Source: Polyangiaceae bacterium
Lineage (GTDB): Bacteria > Myxococcota_A > Polyangia > Polyangiales > Polyangiaceae
DNA: 32,000 nucleotides
Direction: 5' to 3'
Assembly (NCBI GenBank): GCA_025937785.1
Contig: JAICQQ010000002.1
Location: 123,365-155,364 of the forward strand
In this document: positions 24,470-32,000 of the stretch, piece by piece
Layout of the letters: each line of letters opens with the position of its first letter
Numbering within the stretch: the stretch's first letter is position 1
The notes under the pieces: model-generated
The model's input: only the letters and a program-made list of their open reading frames with translations
Databases searched by the model: none
What the model was told of the DNA's origin: nothing
Position numbers and translations under genes: made by a program

Positions 24470-25534
24470 TTAGAACAAGGACCCCTGGCCCTTGATGCTC
24501 TTCTGCTCGAGCCCGAGATGCGCGAACGCCTTTTTAGTGGCCACGCGGCCGCGCGGGGTTCGGCCCAAAAACCCCTGCTGCAACAGGTAGGGCTCGTACA
24601 CGTCTTCCACGGTGTCGCGGGGTTCGGCCAGGGCGGCCGCGAGCGTTTCTACGCCGACTGGGCCGCCCTCGTAGTGCTCGATCAGGATCGACAAAAGCCG
24701 CCGGTCCATTTCGTCGAGGCCCGCGGCGTCGACCTCGAGGCGCTGGCAGGTGAGCTCGACGATGCGCCGATCGACCTTGCCTTCGCCCTCGACTTCGGCG
24801 AAGTCACGCACCCTGCGGATCAGGCGGTTGGCGACGCGCGGGGTGCCGCGTGAACGTTCTGCGAGCAGCTTGGCACCGGTTTCTTCGCAGGGGATGCCGA
24901 GCAACTGCGCGCTGCGGCGAATGATCTTGGCCAGGTCTTCGTGATCGTAGAAGTCGAGGCGCAGGGTAAGCCCGAAGCGTTCGTGCAGCGGCTTGGTCAA
25001 GAGCCCTGTACGCGTGGTCGCGCCCACCAGCGTGAAGGGCTTGACGTCGAGCGGCAGACTCTCGGCGAAGGCACCGTCGCCCATCATCACGTCGATGCGA
25101 AAGTCTTCGATCGCGGGGTACAGCGCCTCTTCCACGGGCGCGCTCAGGCGGTGGATCTCGTCGATGAAGAGCACGTCGCCGCGTTCGAGCCGGGTGAGCA
25201 TGCCCGTCAGCGCCCCCTTGTGCTCGACCGCAGGACCGCTCGTCACGTGGAGCTCGCCGCCCATCTCGTTGGCCAGGATGTGCGCCAAGGTCGTCTTGCC
25301 GAGCCCGGGGGGACCGCACAAGAGAATATGGTCGAGTGGCTCGCCTCGTTGCCGGGCGGCCTGCACGAAGACGCGAAGATTGTCCAAGTGCTTGCGCTGG
25401 CCCACGAACTCATCGAAGGTCTTCGGCCTGAACAAGCGGTCGAAGCGCTGGTCTTCGTCGAGCGAGCCCGCGCTCACCACGCGCGCTGGCGCATCGTCGG
25501 GGACCGTAGTTTTGGTTTTTCTTTCTCGACCCAT
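24470..25534 (-). CDS. ruvB: Holliday junction branch migration helicase RuvB
   Basis: Motifs are RPKTFDEFVGQ, Walker A GPPGLGKTTLAHILANEMG, Walker B LFIDEIHRL, the sensor region LVGATTR, and the C-terminal winged-helix segment EDVYEPYLLQQGFLGRTPRGR. The start is taken as ATG 25534 (MGRERK), giving 354 aa. The track ORF extends further upstream. Confidence 0.95.
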   Translation of the reverse strand: MGRERKTKTTVPDDAPARVVSAGSLDEDQRFDRLFRPKTFDEFVGQRKHLDNLRVFVQAARQRGEPLDHILLCGPPGLGKTTLAHILANEMGGELHVTSGPAVEHKGALTGMLTRLERGDVLFIDEIHRLSAPVEEALYPAIEDFRIDVMMGDGAFAESLPLDVKPFTLVGATTRTGLLTKPLHERFGLTLRLDFYDHEDLAKIIRRSAQLLGIPCEETGAKLLAERSRGTPRVANRLIRRVRDFAEVEGEGKVDRRIVELTCQRLEVDAAGLDEMDRRLLSILIEHYEGGPVGVETLAAALAEPRDTVEDVYEPYLLQQGFLGRTPRGRVATKKAFAHLGLEQKSIKGQGSLF

Positions 25535-25625
25535 GGTTGGTTTCGCGCGCTGCCATCTCGGGCGCCGGCTGCGGACTTTAGCGCTAACGCTGGCCGGCCG
25601 CTCCTGATTTTGCCAGAGTGCGCCT

Positions 25626-27128
25626 GTGACCAGATCTCGGGTACGGAGCGCGCTGCGACCGCTCGTCACGTTGGGTGCCACCGGCGGCGTGGTTCTGCTG
25701 GGTTTCCTGGGCGCCGCTTTGGGACAGACCGAGCGCGCCGCCGAGTCGCCCAATAGCACCGAGAAGCGCGTGTGGGCCGCGAGCCGTGCCGTGTGGATCT
25801 ACGCGAAGCCGCGGCTGACACCGAACGGGCTCGGCTACCTCCGGGCAGGCGCGTCCGCGCGGTTGAAGACCGGCGAGCCCGTGCGCGGTCCCGGCTGTGC
25901 CAAAGGCTGGTACGCCATCGAACCCGAGGGTTACATCTGTGCCGATCAGCGTACCGCATTCGCGCCGAACCGCTTCGTCAAGAGCATGCAACAGGCCCGA
26001 CCCACGAGCGCGCCGTTGCCCTACAACTACGCACTATCGAACTACGCCCCGATGTATCGGCGCTTGCCGACGCCCGAGGAGTGGAAGCACGCGGAGCGCT
26101 TCCTGGGTGAGCCGGGCAGCTTCGGCGAGCTGTCCTGGGGCAACCGTGGCCACGAAAAGCTAGCGGTCGTCCGCGCGATCGCGCCGAGCGGTGCCACGCC
26201 GCGTTTTTTCGCCGACGGCGGCTCCGTGAGTCAGCCGGACACACCAGCGCTGCTGCGCCGCATGATCCCGCTGGGCTCGATGCTGGCCTACACCCAGAGC
26301 TTCGAACACGCCGGCAGAACCTGGCTCTTCAGCGCGGACGGCACGCTGGTGCCCGCCGACCGCGTGCGCCCGTTTCGCGAGTCCACGTTCGAAGGCGTGC
26401 AGCTCGGCTCCGCGACGCGGCTGCCGCTCGCGTGGGTGCGGAGCGAACCAGAACCCCGCTACGTGCGCGCCGAGGACGGAAGCTTCGAGGCCACCGGCAA
26501 ACACTGGCCGGTGAGGAGCTCGGTAGGGCTGGCTTCCGAGCCCGCGATCGCGTTCCGGGGTGCCGAGTATTGGCGGACGCTGCAGAGTCACGCCGACGGC
26601 CGCCCGCTGTTCGTGCGCGCAGGCCAGGCAAGCATCGTGAAAGCGCCCGAGAAGCTGCCCTGGGGCGTCGCCGCTGACGAGAAGTGGATCGAGGTGAGCA
26701 TCACGCGAGGTGTGCTCGTGGCGTACCGAGGCGCGGATCCCGTGTTCACGACGCTGATATCCCCGGGCGCCGGGGGGGTGCCGGTGAAGGGGCGCGACAA
26801 CGTCAAGTACAGCACCACGCCCGTCGGGCGCTTCCGCGTCACGTTCAAGCACCTGGCGCAGGACATGAGCCCCGATCAGGGGGAGAATCGACGCTTCTGG
26901 ATCGCGGACGTCCCTTACACCCAGTATTTCGACCCGCCGTTTGCGCTGCACGTGGCCTACTGGCACGAAAACTTCGGGGATCCGATGAGCGCGGGTTGCG
27001 TCAACCTCTCGCCGCGCGATGGCAAATGGCTCTTCGAATGGACGGGTCCGCGCCTGCCGGAGGGATGGAACGGTGTCGCTCCGTCAGCGCTCAACGGTCA
27101 GGGGACCCTGATCATCATTACGCGCTGA
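25626..27128 (+). CDS. L,D-transpeptidase (YkuD domain) family protein, paralogue of 16294..17835
   Basis: The signal peptide is LRPLVTLGATGGVVLLGFLGAALG. The YkuD region is WIEVSITRGVLVAYRGADPVFTTLISPG...FALHVAYWHENFGDPMSAGCVNL. The N-terminal region aligns with the paralogue (GYLRAGA..GC..GWY...P.G..C). Confidence 0.85.
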   Translation: MTRSRVRSALRPLVTLGATGGVVLLGFLGAALGQTERAAESPNSTEKRVWAASRAVWIYAKPRLTPNGLGYLRAGASARLKTGEPVRGPGCAKGWYAIEPEGYICADQRTAFAPNRFVKSMQQARPTSAPLPYNYALSNYAPMYRRLPTPEEWKHAERFLGEPGSFGELSWGNRGHEKLAVVRAIAPSGATPRFFADGGSVSQPDTPALLRRMIPLGSMLAYTQSFEHAGRTWLFSADGTLVPADRVRPFRESTFEGVQLGSATRLPLAWVRSEPEPRYVRAEDGSFEATGKHWPVRSSVGLASEPAIAFRGAEYWRTLQSHADGRPLFVRAGQASIVKAPEKLPWGVAADEKWIEVSITRGVLVAYRGADPVFTTLISPGAGGVPVKGRDNVKYSTTPVGRFRVTFKHLAQDMSPDQGENRRFWIADVPYTQYFDPPFALHVAYWHENFGDPMSAGCVNLSPRDGKWLFEWTGPRLPEGWNGVAPSALNGQGTLIIITR

Positions 27129-28601
27129 GGGAGGGGGCGCCTCGCTGCGCGAGCGAGTGACCCCTGGCGGGGGATCGACCGGAAACGTGATCGTGAACAG
27201 CGAGCCGACGCCGAGCGCACTCTCGAGCTTGATCTCGCCGCCGTGCATCTCGACCAGGCGCCGGGTGATGGCGAGGCCGAGCCCGGTGCCGGCGCGTTGC
27301 ACCGAGAGGTCGCCCGACTGGCGGTACTCCTCGAAGATCGATTCGTGTTCGTCGATGGCGATGCCGGGCCCGGTGTCTTCCACGTTGGCACGCACCAGTG
27401 AACCTGCTCGAACGACGGCGACGTTGACCGAGCCGGTGCTCGTAAACTTGATCGCGTTGCCGACGACGTTGCTCAGTATCTGGCGTACCCGCCGGGGATC
27501 GGCGAACGCTACTGCCGTGGTGCCCGAGAGCACCATGCTGAGCTGCTTGGCCTCTGCGGTCACGCGTAGCTCTTTCACGACGTCCTCGGCGATCGCGAAG
27601 ACGTCGATGTCCTTGCGCCGCAGCCTGAGCTCGCCCGACTCCAGCGCGGACAGGTCCAGGATGTCGTCGATCAGCGAGCGTAGGTGCTGGCCGCTTTGCC
27701 GCACCACTGTCAGGTTTTCGTGGGCCTCGTCGGAGAGCGGGCCGTCGACCTCGCTCAAGAGCACGTCGGTGAAGCCCAGGATTGCGTTGAGAGGTGTGCG
27801 CAGTTCGTGGCTCAAGGCGGAGAGGAACGCCGAGCGATCGCGGTCGTAAGCGAGCGCGCCCGCTAGATCTTGGCGGTAGGCGCGCTCGGCGGCCTCGAAG
27901 CGCTCGACCAAGAGGTTGAATGAAGCGGTGAGCTGTCCCACCTGATCGATGGTGCGCACGGGGATCAGGCGGCCGGATGCTTCCACGCCCTCCTTGGCCA
28001 TTTGCAGGATGCGCTCCCGCACGTACTGCACGTCGGCGTGGACGTCGCGAGCGAGCGCCAGCGCGACGAGTGCGGCCACGACGATCAGGATCACCGCGAA
28101 GGCACCCACCGAGGTCACCAGGGAGCGGACCGCGTAGGGCTGCTCCGGTGCGTCGACGAAGACCACCACGGACAGATTCTGTCTCGGCCGGCCCAGAGCC
28201 GCGGCGAAGAACCGCGTGCGGCCGACCTTGGTGACGAACTCTCCCTGACCGCGCACGATGAGCTCGACCAAGCGGGCGGGCGGCAATGGCGCGAGCATGG
28301 CGTCGGCGACGACGCTGCCGTCCTGGCGGATCACGACGCACTCGGCGCCAGAACGCTGGGCGGCGCGCTCTACGACGAAGCCGTAGTCGGCGTCACTCGC
28401 CACGCGCAGGCGTTCGGCCAGCGTCTGCGCGAGCAGTCGCGCCCGAAGCTCGGCCGCCTCGTCGCTCTGCCTCCGCACGTCCCGGACGCCCTGCGCCCCG
28501 ATCACGACGGCGACGGCGACGCCCAGCAGAATCACCACCGCCGGGGCGACCACCAAGAACGGGATCGAGCGGCGCTGCGGGAGCTCCGGAGACAGGTCCA
28601 C
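27084..28601 (-). CDS. sensor histidine kinase (2 TM, periplasmic domain, HAMP, HisKA, HATPase_c)
   Basis: The H-box is SHELRTPLNAILGF and the N-box is NVVGNAIKFT. G-boxes are EDTGPGI and GTGLGLAI. TM segments are FLVVAPAVVILLGVAVAVVI and VGAFAVILIVVAALVALALA. The 3' end overlaps the convergent gene 25626..27128 by 45 nt. Confidence 0.9.
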   Translation of the reverse strand: MDLSPELPQRRSIPFLVVAPAVVILLGVAVAVVIGAQGVRDVRRQSDEAAELRARLLAQTLAERLRVASDADYGFVVERAAQRSGAECVVIRQDGSVVADAMLAPLPPARLVELIVRGQGEFVTKVGRTRFFAAALGRPRQNLSVVVFVDAPEQPYAVRSLVTSVGAFAVILIVVAALVALALARDVHADVQYVRERILQMAKEGVEASGRLIPVRTIDQVGQLTASFNLLVERFEAAERAYRQDLAGALAYDRDRSAFLSALSHELRTPLNAILGFTDVLLSEVDGPLSDEAHENLTVVRQSGQHLRSLIDDILDLSALESGELRLRRKDIDVFAIAEDVVKELRVTAEAKQLSMVLSGTTAVAFADPRRVRQILSNVVGNAIKFTSTGSVNVAVVRAGSLVRANVEDTGPGIAIDEHESIFEEYRQSGDLSVQRAGTGLGLAITRRLVEMHGGEIKLESALGVGSLFTITFPVDPPPGVTRSRSEAPPPSARNDDQGPLTVER

Positions 28602-28667
28602 GGCCCCCAGGCTACTCGGCGCGCGCGCCCCGGGCCAGCCGGATCGTGCCGCGCTCGCGGGCAGGCT

Positions 28668-29213
28668 TCACGGATCGGTTTCGAGTTTCGCGAAGACAGC
28701 GTGATCGAGCCAACGCGACGCCACGAACTCTGCTTCGCGCGCGACTCCTTCGAAGCGGAAACCCAGCCGCGAGATGACGCGCAGACTCGCGTAGTTGTCG
28801 GTCGCGGCGGCGCAGCGCACGCGATGCACGCTCATGCGTTGGAAGGCGTACTCGACACACGCTTGCGCCGCTTCGGTCATGAGCCCGCGGCCCGTGGCCG
28901 TGAGCTTGAGCCAGTACCCGAGCTCGCACGAGCGATGCAGGTGGACGCACGAATCGAGGCCGACGACCCCGAACAACTCGCGCGTTTGGCGATCGCGGAT
29001 GGCGAAGCGCACGGCGCGCCCGGCGTCCCAGTCGGCGGCGCATGCTTCGGCGTAGCGCTGGCTGGCCTCGGGGGTGTTGTTGAAGGGTACCCATGGCAAC
29101 CAGCGATCGAGGTGCCAGCGTGAGCCGTCGACCGCCTGCCACAGATCTGCCCCATCGCTGCTGTCGATGGGGACCAACAACAAACGCGTGGTCTCGATGG
29201 GAGCCTTCTTCAT
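28668..29213 (-). CDS. GNAT family N-acetyltransferase (RimJ/RimL-like, 181 aa)
   Basis: The sequence reads MKKAPIETTRLLLVP...ELGYWLKLTATGRGLMTEAAQACVEYAF..VHRVRCAAATDNYASLRVISRLGFRFEG. The start is ATG 29213; the upstream part of the track ORF lacks support. Confidence 0.85.
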   Translation of the reverse strand: MKKAPIETTRLLLVPIDSSDGADLWQAVDGSRWHLDRWLPWVPFNNTPEASQRYAEACAADWDAGRAVRFAIRDRQTRELFGVVGLDSCVHLHRSCELGYWLKLTATGRGLMTEAAQACVEYAFQRMSVHRVRCAAATDNYASLRVISRLGFRFEGVAREAEFVASRWLDHAVFAKLETDP

Positions 29214-29293
29214 CGCAGGGCGCGACGGAATCGACAACACCTGGGGAACTCCCGGTTGTGTGACGGAACGCGGCTGGCGCTTCTGTGTTGGGC

Positions 29294-31837
29294 TCACTGC
29301 TTGTCGACCTTGCACTGGGCGCGCGCCACGAACGCTTCGAGATGTCCTGCTTCGAAGCCGCGCCAGGAAACATACCACTCTCCGGGCTGGTTGCCCGGAA
29401 TCACTTCGGGGTAGGGCTGGTAGCCGCTCACCCGGCCCAGGATGGACGCCTTGCCAACCCCGTCACGGTTCAGAGCGGCTGCTCGGACCCGCCCGCTTTC
29501 GTACCAAACGAGCAGCGTCGAACCGTCGGGCGCTCGTGCCACCGCCGGGCGCTCCCCCTTGGGCGCGAACTCGCGATACCAGATGGGCTCGCCGGTCATG
29601 CCGTTGACGAAGGAAGCCACGGCTCCACCGCTTTCGTTGTCCCACACTACGAAGCAGCCCTCGGCGATGCAACTGACTCGCGGCTGACCGTGATTGCCCT
29701 CGATCGCACTCACGTTGATCAAATGGCCCACGTGCCGTGTCTCTTTGCGCTTGGGTACGGCGGGCAGGCCGTCTTTCAGCTCCTGGGAATCGAGCGGCAG
29801 CCGCAGCATCTTGATGCTCGCGCGCTGGCGGTTGGCGACTTCGAACACGATGTTCAACGTATTGTCGACGATGGCAGCGGCAGCCTTGCCAGCCAATGCT
29901 TCTTGGCCTTTTTCCGGGAGCAAGTCGGTCAGTTTGACCGTGGGGCCCAGCGGTTCGAGATCGGCATTCAGTCGGCGCGCGACGACGTCCGCGGAGCCCT
30001 TGTGCACCTCCTCCGTCCAGATCGCGAGGAAGGTGTCGTTCGGAGCCGCAGTCAGCGAAGGGTAGAACTGTGAGCGCCCGACTTCCGAGATGCGCTGCGC
30101 GGCCTTGTCCACGCGACCATCGGTCGTGAGCAGCCGCACGAACACGCCCGGTTGCGTGCCCGCGTCGTCCCAATAGATGACCATCAGCTTGTCCGACGCG
30201 GGCAGCAGCTGAACGTGTCGCGCGGCGGCGGCTTCCGGTGTGATGCCACGAGCGGGCGAGACGCGGCGCAACAGGTCGTCGAGCAGCGAGGTGTAACCCT
30301 GCTTCTTCGTCTTCTCCTCGTGGTTGTCGATCCAGCCGAAAACCAGGCCGCGTTCAGTGAGAGCCAGCGTGGGACGCGAGGCTGGGCTCACGATCTCGAA
30401 GGGGCGCGGCCGCCCGATGCCCGTGAGCCTGCAGGGGGCGTCGCGCGCCTCCTCCGCGGCGGTCGCCTGCAGCAAAAGACCCCGGGCAACCTCCGAGCCG
30501 CTGGTCTTGAAGGCCTCTTTGAACATGCGGGTGGCGTTGTCGAGGTTGCCCTTGCTCAGCCAATCTTGACCGGAGCCGATCTGCAGCGCGAACGGCTCGA
30601 CCTCTGCGGGTACCGACTTGTTCTCGTCGGGACCCGTTTGCGAGGCGCTTGGCTTGGGGGTGTTCGGGTCGTTGTTCTCGGTGACCGCCGCGCGCGGAGC
30701 CGGCGGATTCAGTACGTACAGCCACAAGGCGTAACCACCCAGGGCCACCGCCGCGAGCGCGATCAGCCACACGAACGCGCCCGTGCCGGTGGCGCTCTTG
30801 ATCGGCGGGCTCGTGGCTGGAGGATCGCCGTGGCTGCGCGCGATGCCGTCGCGTCCGACGAACGGTTCCGCAGGAATGTCGTCGGGCCGCAAGAGCTGCT
30901 GGGTCGGCTCCTCGACCTCGTTTTCGGCGAGCAGCGACACGACGCGCTGCGAGCGAGGATCGAGCGCTTGCGACAGTGACTCTGCGAACTCGTTGGCGGT
31001 TTGATAGCGCTGCCCCACGTCGCGGTGGAGCGAGCGCGCGAACCAAGCGTCGAAGCCGGGAGGCAGATCGGGGCGCAGCTTCGAGGGTATGGGGACGGGA
31101 GCCCCGGCGATTTGTGCCAGAATCATGGCTACGCCCTGCTCTACGTTCCATACCGTTTGCCCTGTCAGGCACTCGTAGACGATGCAGCCGAGCGCCCACA
31201 GGTCGGCGCGATGATCCACGTGCCCTTGCCCCTTGGCTTGCTCCGGGCTCATGTACGCCGGCGTACCGAACAGCGCGCCTTCCCGCGTCAAGCGCACGTT
31301 CTTTTCATCGCCGTCGGTCGTTTCGTAAAATTTGGCGAGCCCGAAGTCCAAGATCTTGGCGATCAGCCGTTCGTTCTCGCCGCGCGTGAGGAAGATGTTC
31401 TCGGGCTTCAGGTCTCGATGAACGATGCCGTTCTGGTGGGCTTTCTCGAGCCCGCGAGCGACGTGCGTGCAAATCTTCAGCGTCGTGTCCGGATCGATGC
31501 GCCGGACCCGCGTCATCATGTCGTACAGGCTTTCCCCTTCGAGCAGCTCCATGACGAGAAAGGGACGCTCGTCGTACATCCCGAAGTCGTAGACGTCGCA
31601 GATGTACGGACTCCTGATCTTCGCGGTGGCGCGCGCTTCTCGCACGAAACGCTCGCGTACGATGCGCGAGGTGATGAGCTCGGCGGCCAAGATCTTCACG
31701 GCGACGCGCTTGCCGATGTCGATGTTCTCGGCTTCGTAGACCGCGGCCATACCACCGCGGCCAATCTCCTTGGTGATACGAAACTTCCCCTCTAGGACAG
31801 TACCGATGGGGACTTTGGACCTGTTCTTCGAGGGCAT
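29294..31837 (-). CDS. Ser/Thr protein kinase with single TM and ~470-aa extracytoplasmic repeat domain
   Basis: Hanks kinase motifs are GRGGMAAVY, VAVKIL, HRDLKPENIFL, DFGLAK and GTPAYMSPEQ. The TM segment is AFVWLIALAAVALGGYALWLYVL (aa ~355-376). The C-terminal region carries recurring h-h-h-W-x-[DE] strands. Confidence 0.95.
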   Translation of the reverse strand: MPSKNRSKVPIGTVLEGKFRITKEIGRGGMAAVYEAENIDIGKRVAVKILAAELITSRIVRERFVREARATAKIRSPYICDVYDFGMYDERPFLVMELLEGESLYDMMTRVRRIDPDTTLKICTHVARGLEKAHQNGIVHRDLKPENIFLTRGENERLIAKILDFGLAKFYETTDGDEKNVRLTREGALFGTPAYMSPEQAKGQGHVDHRADLWALGCIVYECLTGQTVWNVEQGVAMILAQIAGAPVPIPSKLRPDLPPGFDAWFARSLHRDVGQRYQTANEFAESLSQALDPRSQRVVSLLAENEVEEPTQQLLRPDDIPAEPFVGRDGIARSHGDPPATSPPIKSATGTGAFVWLIALAAVALGGYALWLYVLNPPAPRAAVTENNDPNTPKPSASQTGPDENKSVPAEVEPFALQIGSGQDWLSKGNLDNATRMFKEAFKTSGSEVARGLLLQATAAEEARDAPCRLTGIGRPRPFEIVSPASRPTLALTERGLVFGWIDNHEEKTKKQGYTSLLDDLLRRVSPARGITPEAAAARHVQLLPASDKLMVIYWDDAGTQPGVFVRLLTTDGRVDKAAQRISEVGRSQFYPSLTAAPNDTFLAIWTEEVHKGSADVVARRLNADLEPLGPTVKLTDLLPEKGQEALAGKAAAAIVDNTLNIVFEVANRQRASIKMLRLPLDSQELKDGLPAVPKRKETRHVGHLINVSAIEGNHGQPRVSCIAEGCFVVWDNESGGAVASFVNGMTGEPIWYREFAPKGERPAVARAPDGSTLLVWYESGRVRAAALNRDGVGKASILGRVSGYQPYPEVIPGNQPGEWYVSWRGFEAGHLEAFVARAQCKVDKQ

Positions 31838-32000
31838 TACCGAAGCCGGAGCGATCGCCGCCCGGATACTATACGTGCGGTCAGCGCGGCAGAAACTGTT
31901 TCATGAGCGAGCTGGGAACTTCCAACTCGTCGGGGGCGGGCGGATGAATGCGGGAAAGAGTATGCCAGTAGAGCACTCGGAGTGGCCGACCCGAAACCCT

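Noticed and set aside
26955-27005. The second L,D-transpeptidase has SAGC instead of the SHGC of its paralogue, raising the possibility of a pseudo-enzyme.
   Set aside because: The residue before Gly-Cys varies naturally in YkuD-family enzymes (for example SxGC with Q, K or S). The catalytic Cys and the upstream His (FALHVAYWH) are retained.
31881-32000. An open minus-strand frame running into the window edge and ending at TGA 31883-31881 (...LRVLYWHTLSRIHPPAPDELEVPSSLMKQFLPR*). There is also a TATAGT -10-like box (31868-31873, minus strand) upstream of the kinase gene.
   Set aside because: Only ~40 codons are visible and the family is not recognisable; a faint resemblance to pseudouridine-synthase C-termini is not enough. 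The -10-like hexamer has no convincing -35 partner.

Overview
High-GC bacterial chromosomal segment (hand-counted lines inside genes are about 70% GC). The gene content points to a Myxococcota-like organism: a eukaryote-like Ser/Thr kinase with a repeat ectodomain, FHA-GGDEF and REC-EAL genes, a PilT paralogue, Pro/Ala-rich linkers and sigma-54-type promoters. This taxonomic call is inference only. I can support 22 protein-coding genes plus one speculative 30-codon ORF. They are: a partial SNF2 helicase, an RlmD/RumA-type RNA methyltransferase, ftsH, a TonB-like Pro-rich protein, an SH3b-EEP lipoprotein nuclease/phosphatase, an alpha/beta hydrolase, a small coiled-coil protein, an FHA-GGDEF cyclase, a REC-EAL phosphodiesterase, a Nudix hydrolase translationally coupled to a VWA-like lipoprotein, two paralogous ~500-aa L,D-transpeptidases, an N-terminally extended PilT-family ATPase, an aldo/keto reductase, a 595-aa membrane protein, amt, ruvB, a HAMP histidine kinase, a GNAT acetyltransferase and a Ser/Thr kinase. 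I recognised no rRNA, tRNA, CRISPR array, transposase or integrase. Many long ORFs in the track are antisense shadow ORFs typical of high-GC DNA. The stand-out feature is a ~2.4-2.7 kb ORF-poor, lower-GC stretch (about 11.84-14.52 kb); every other spacer in the window is 500 bp or less. It carries a near-consensus sigma-54 -24/-12 promoter (12420-12435) with an upstream palindrome. A 79-nt nested hairpin starts exactly at the predicted +1. The stretch also holds several short tandem repeats and palindromes, and a bidirectional intrinsic terminator marks its right edge. My best reading is a candidate non-coding RNA or regulatory locus next to a c-di-GMP operon. A decayed gene or foreign remnant cannot be excluded without database searches.
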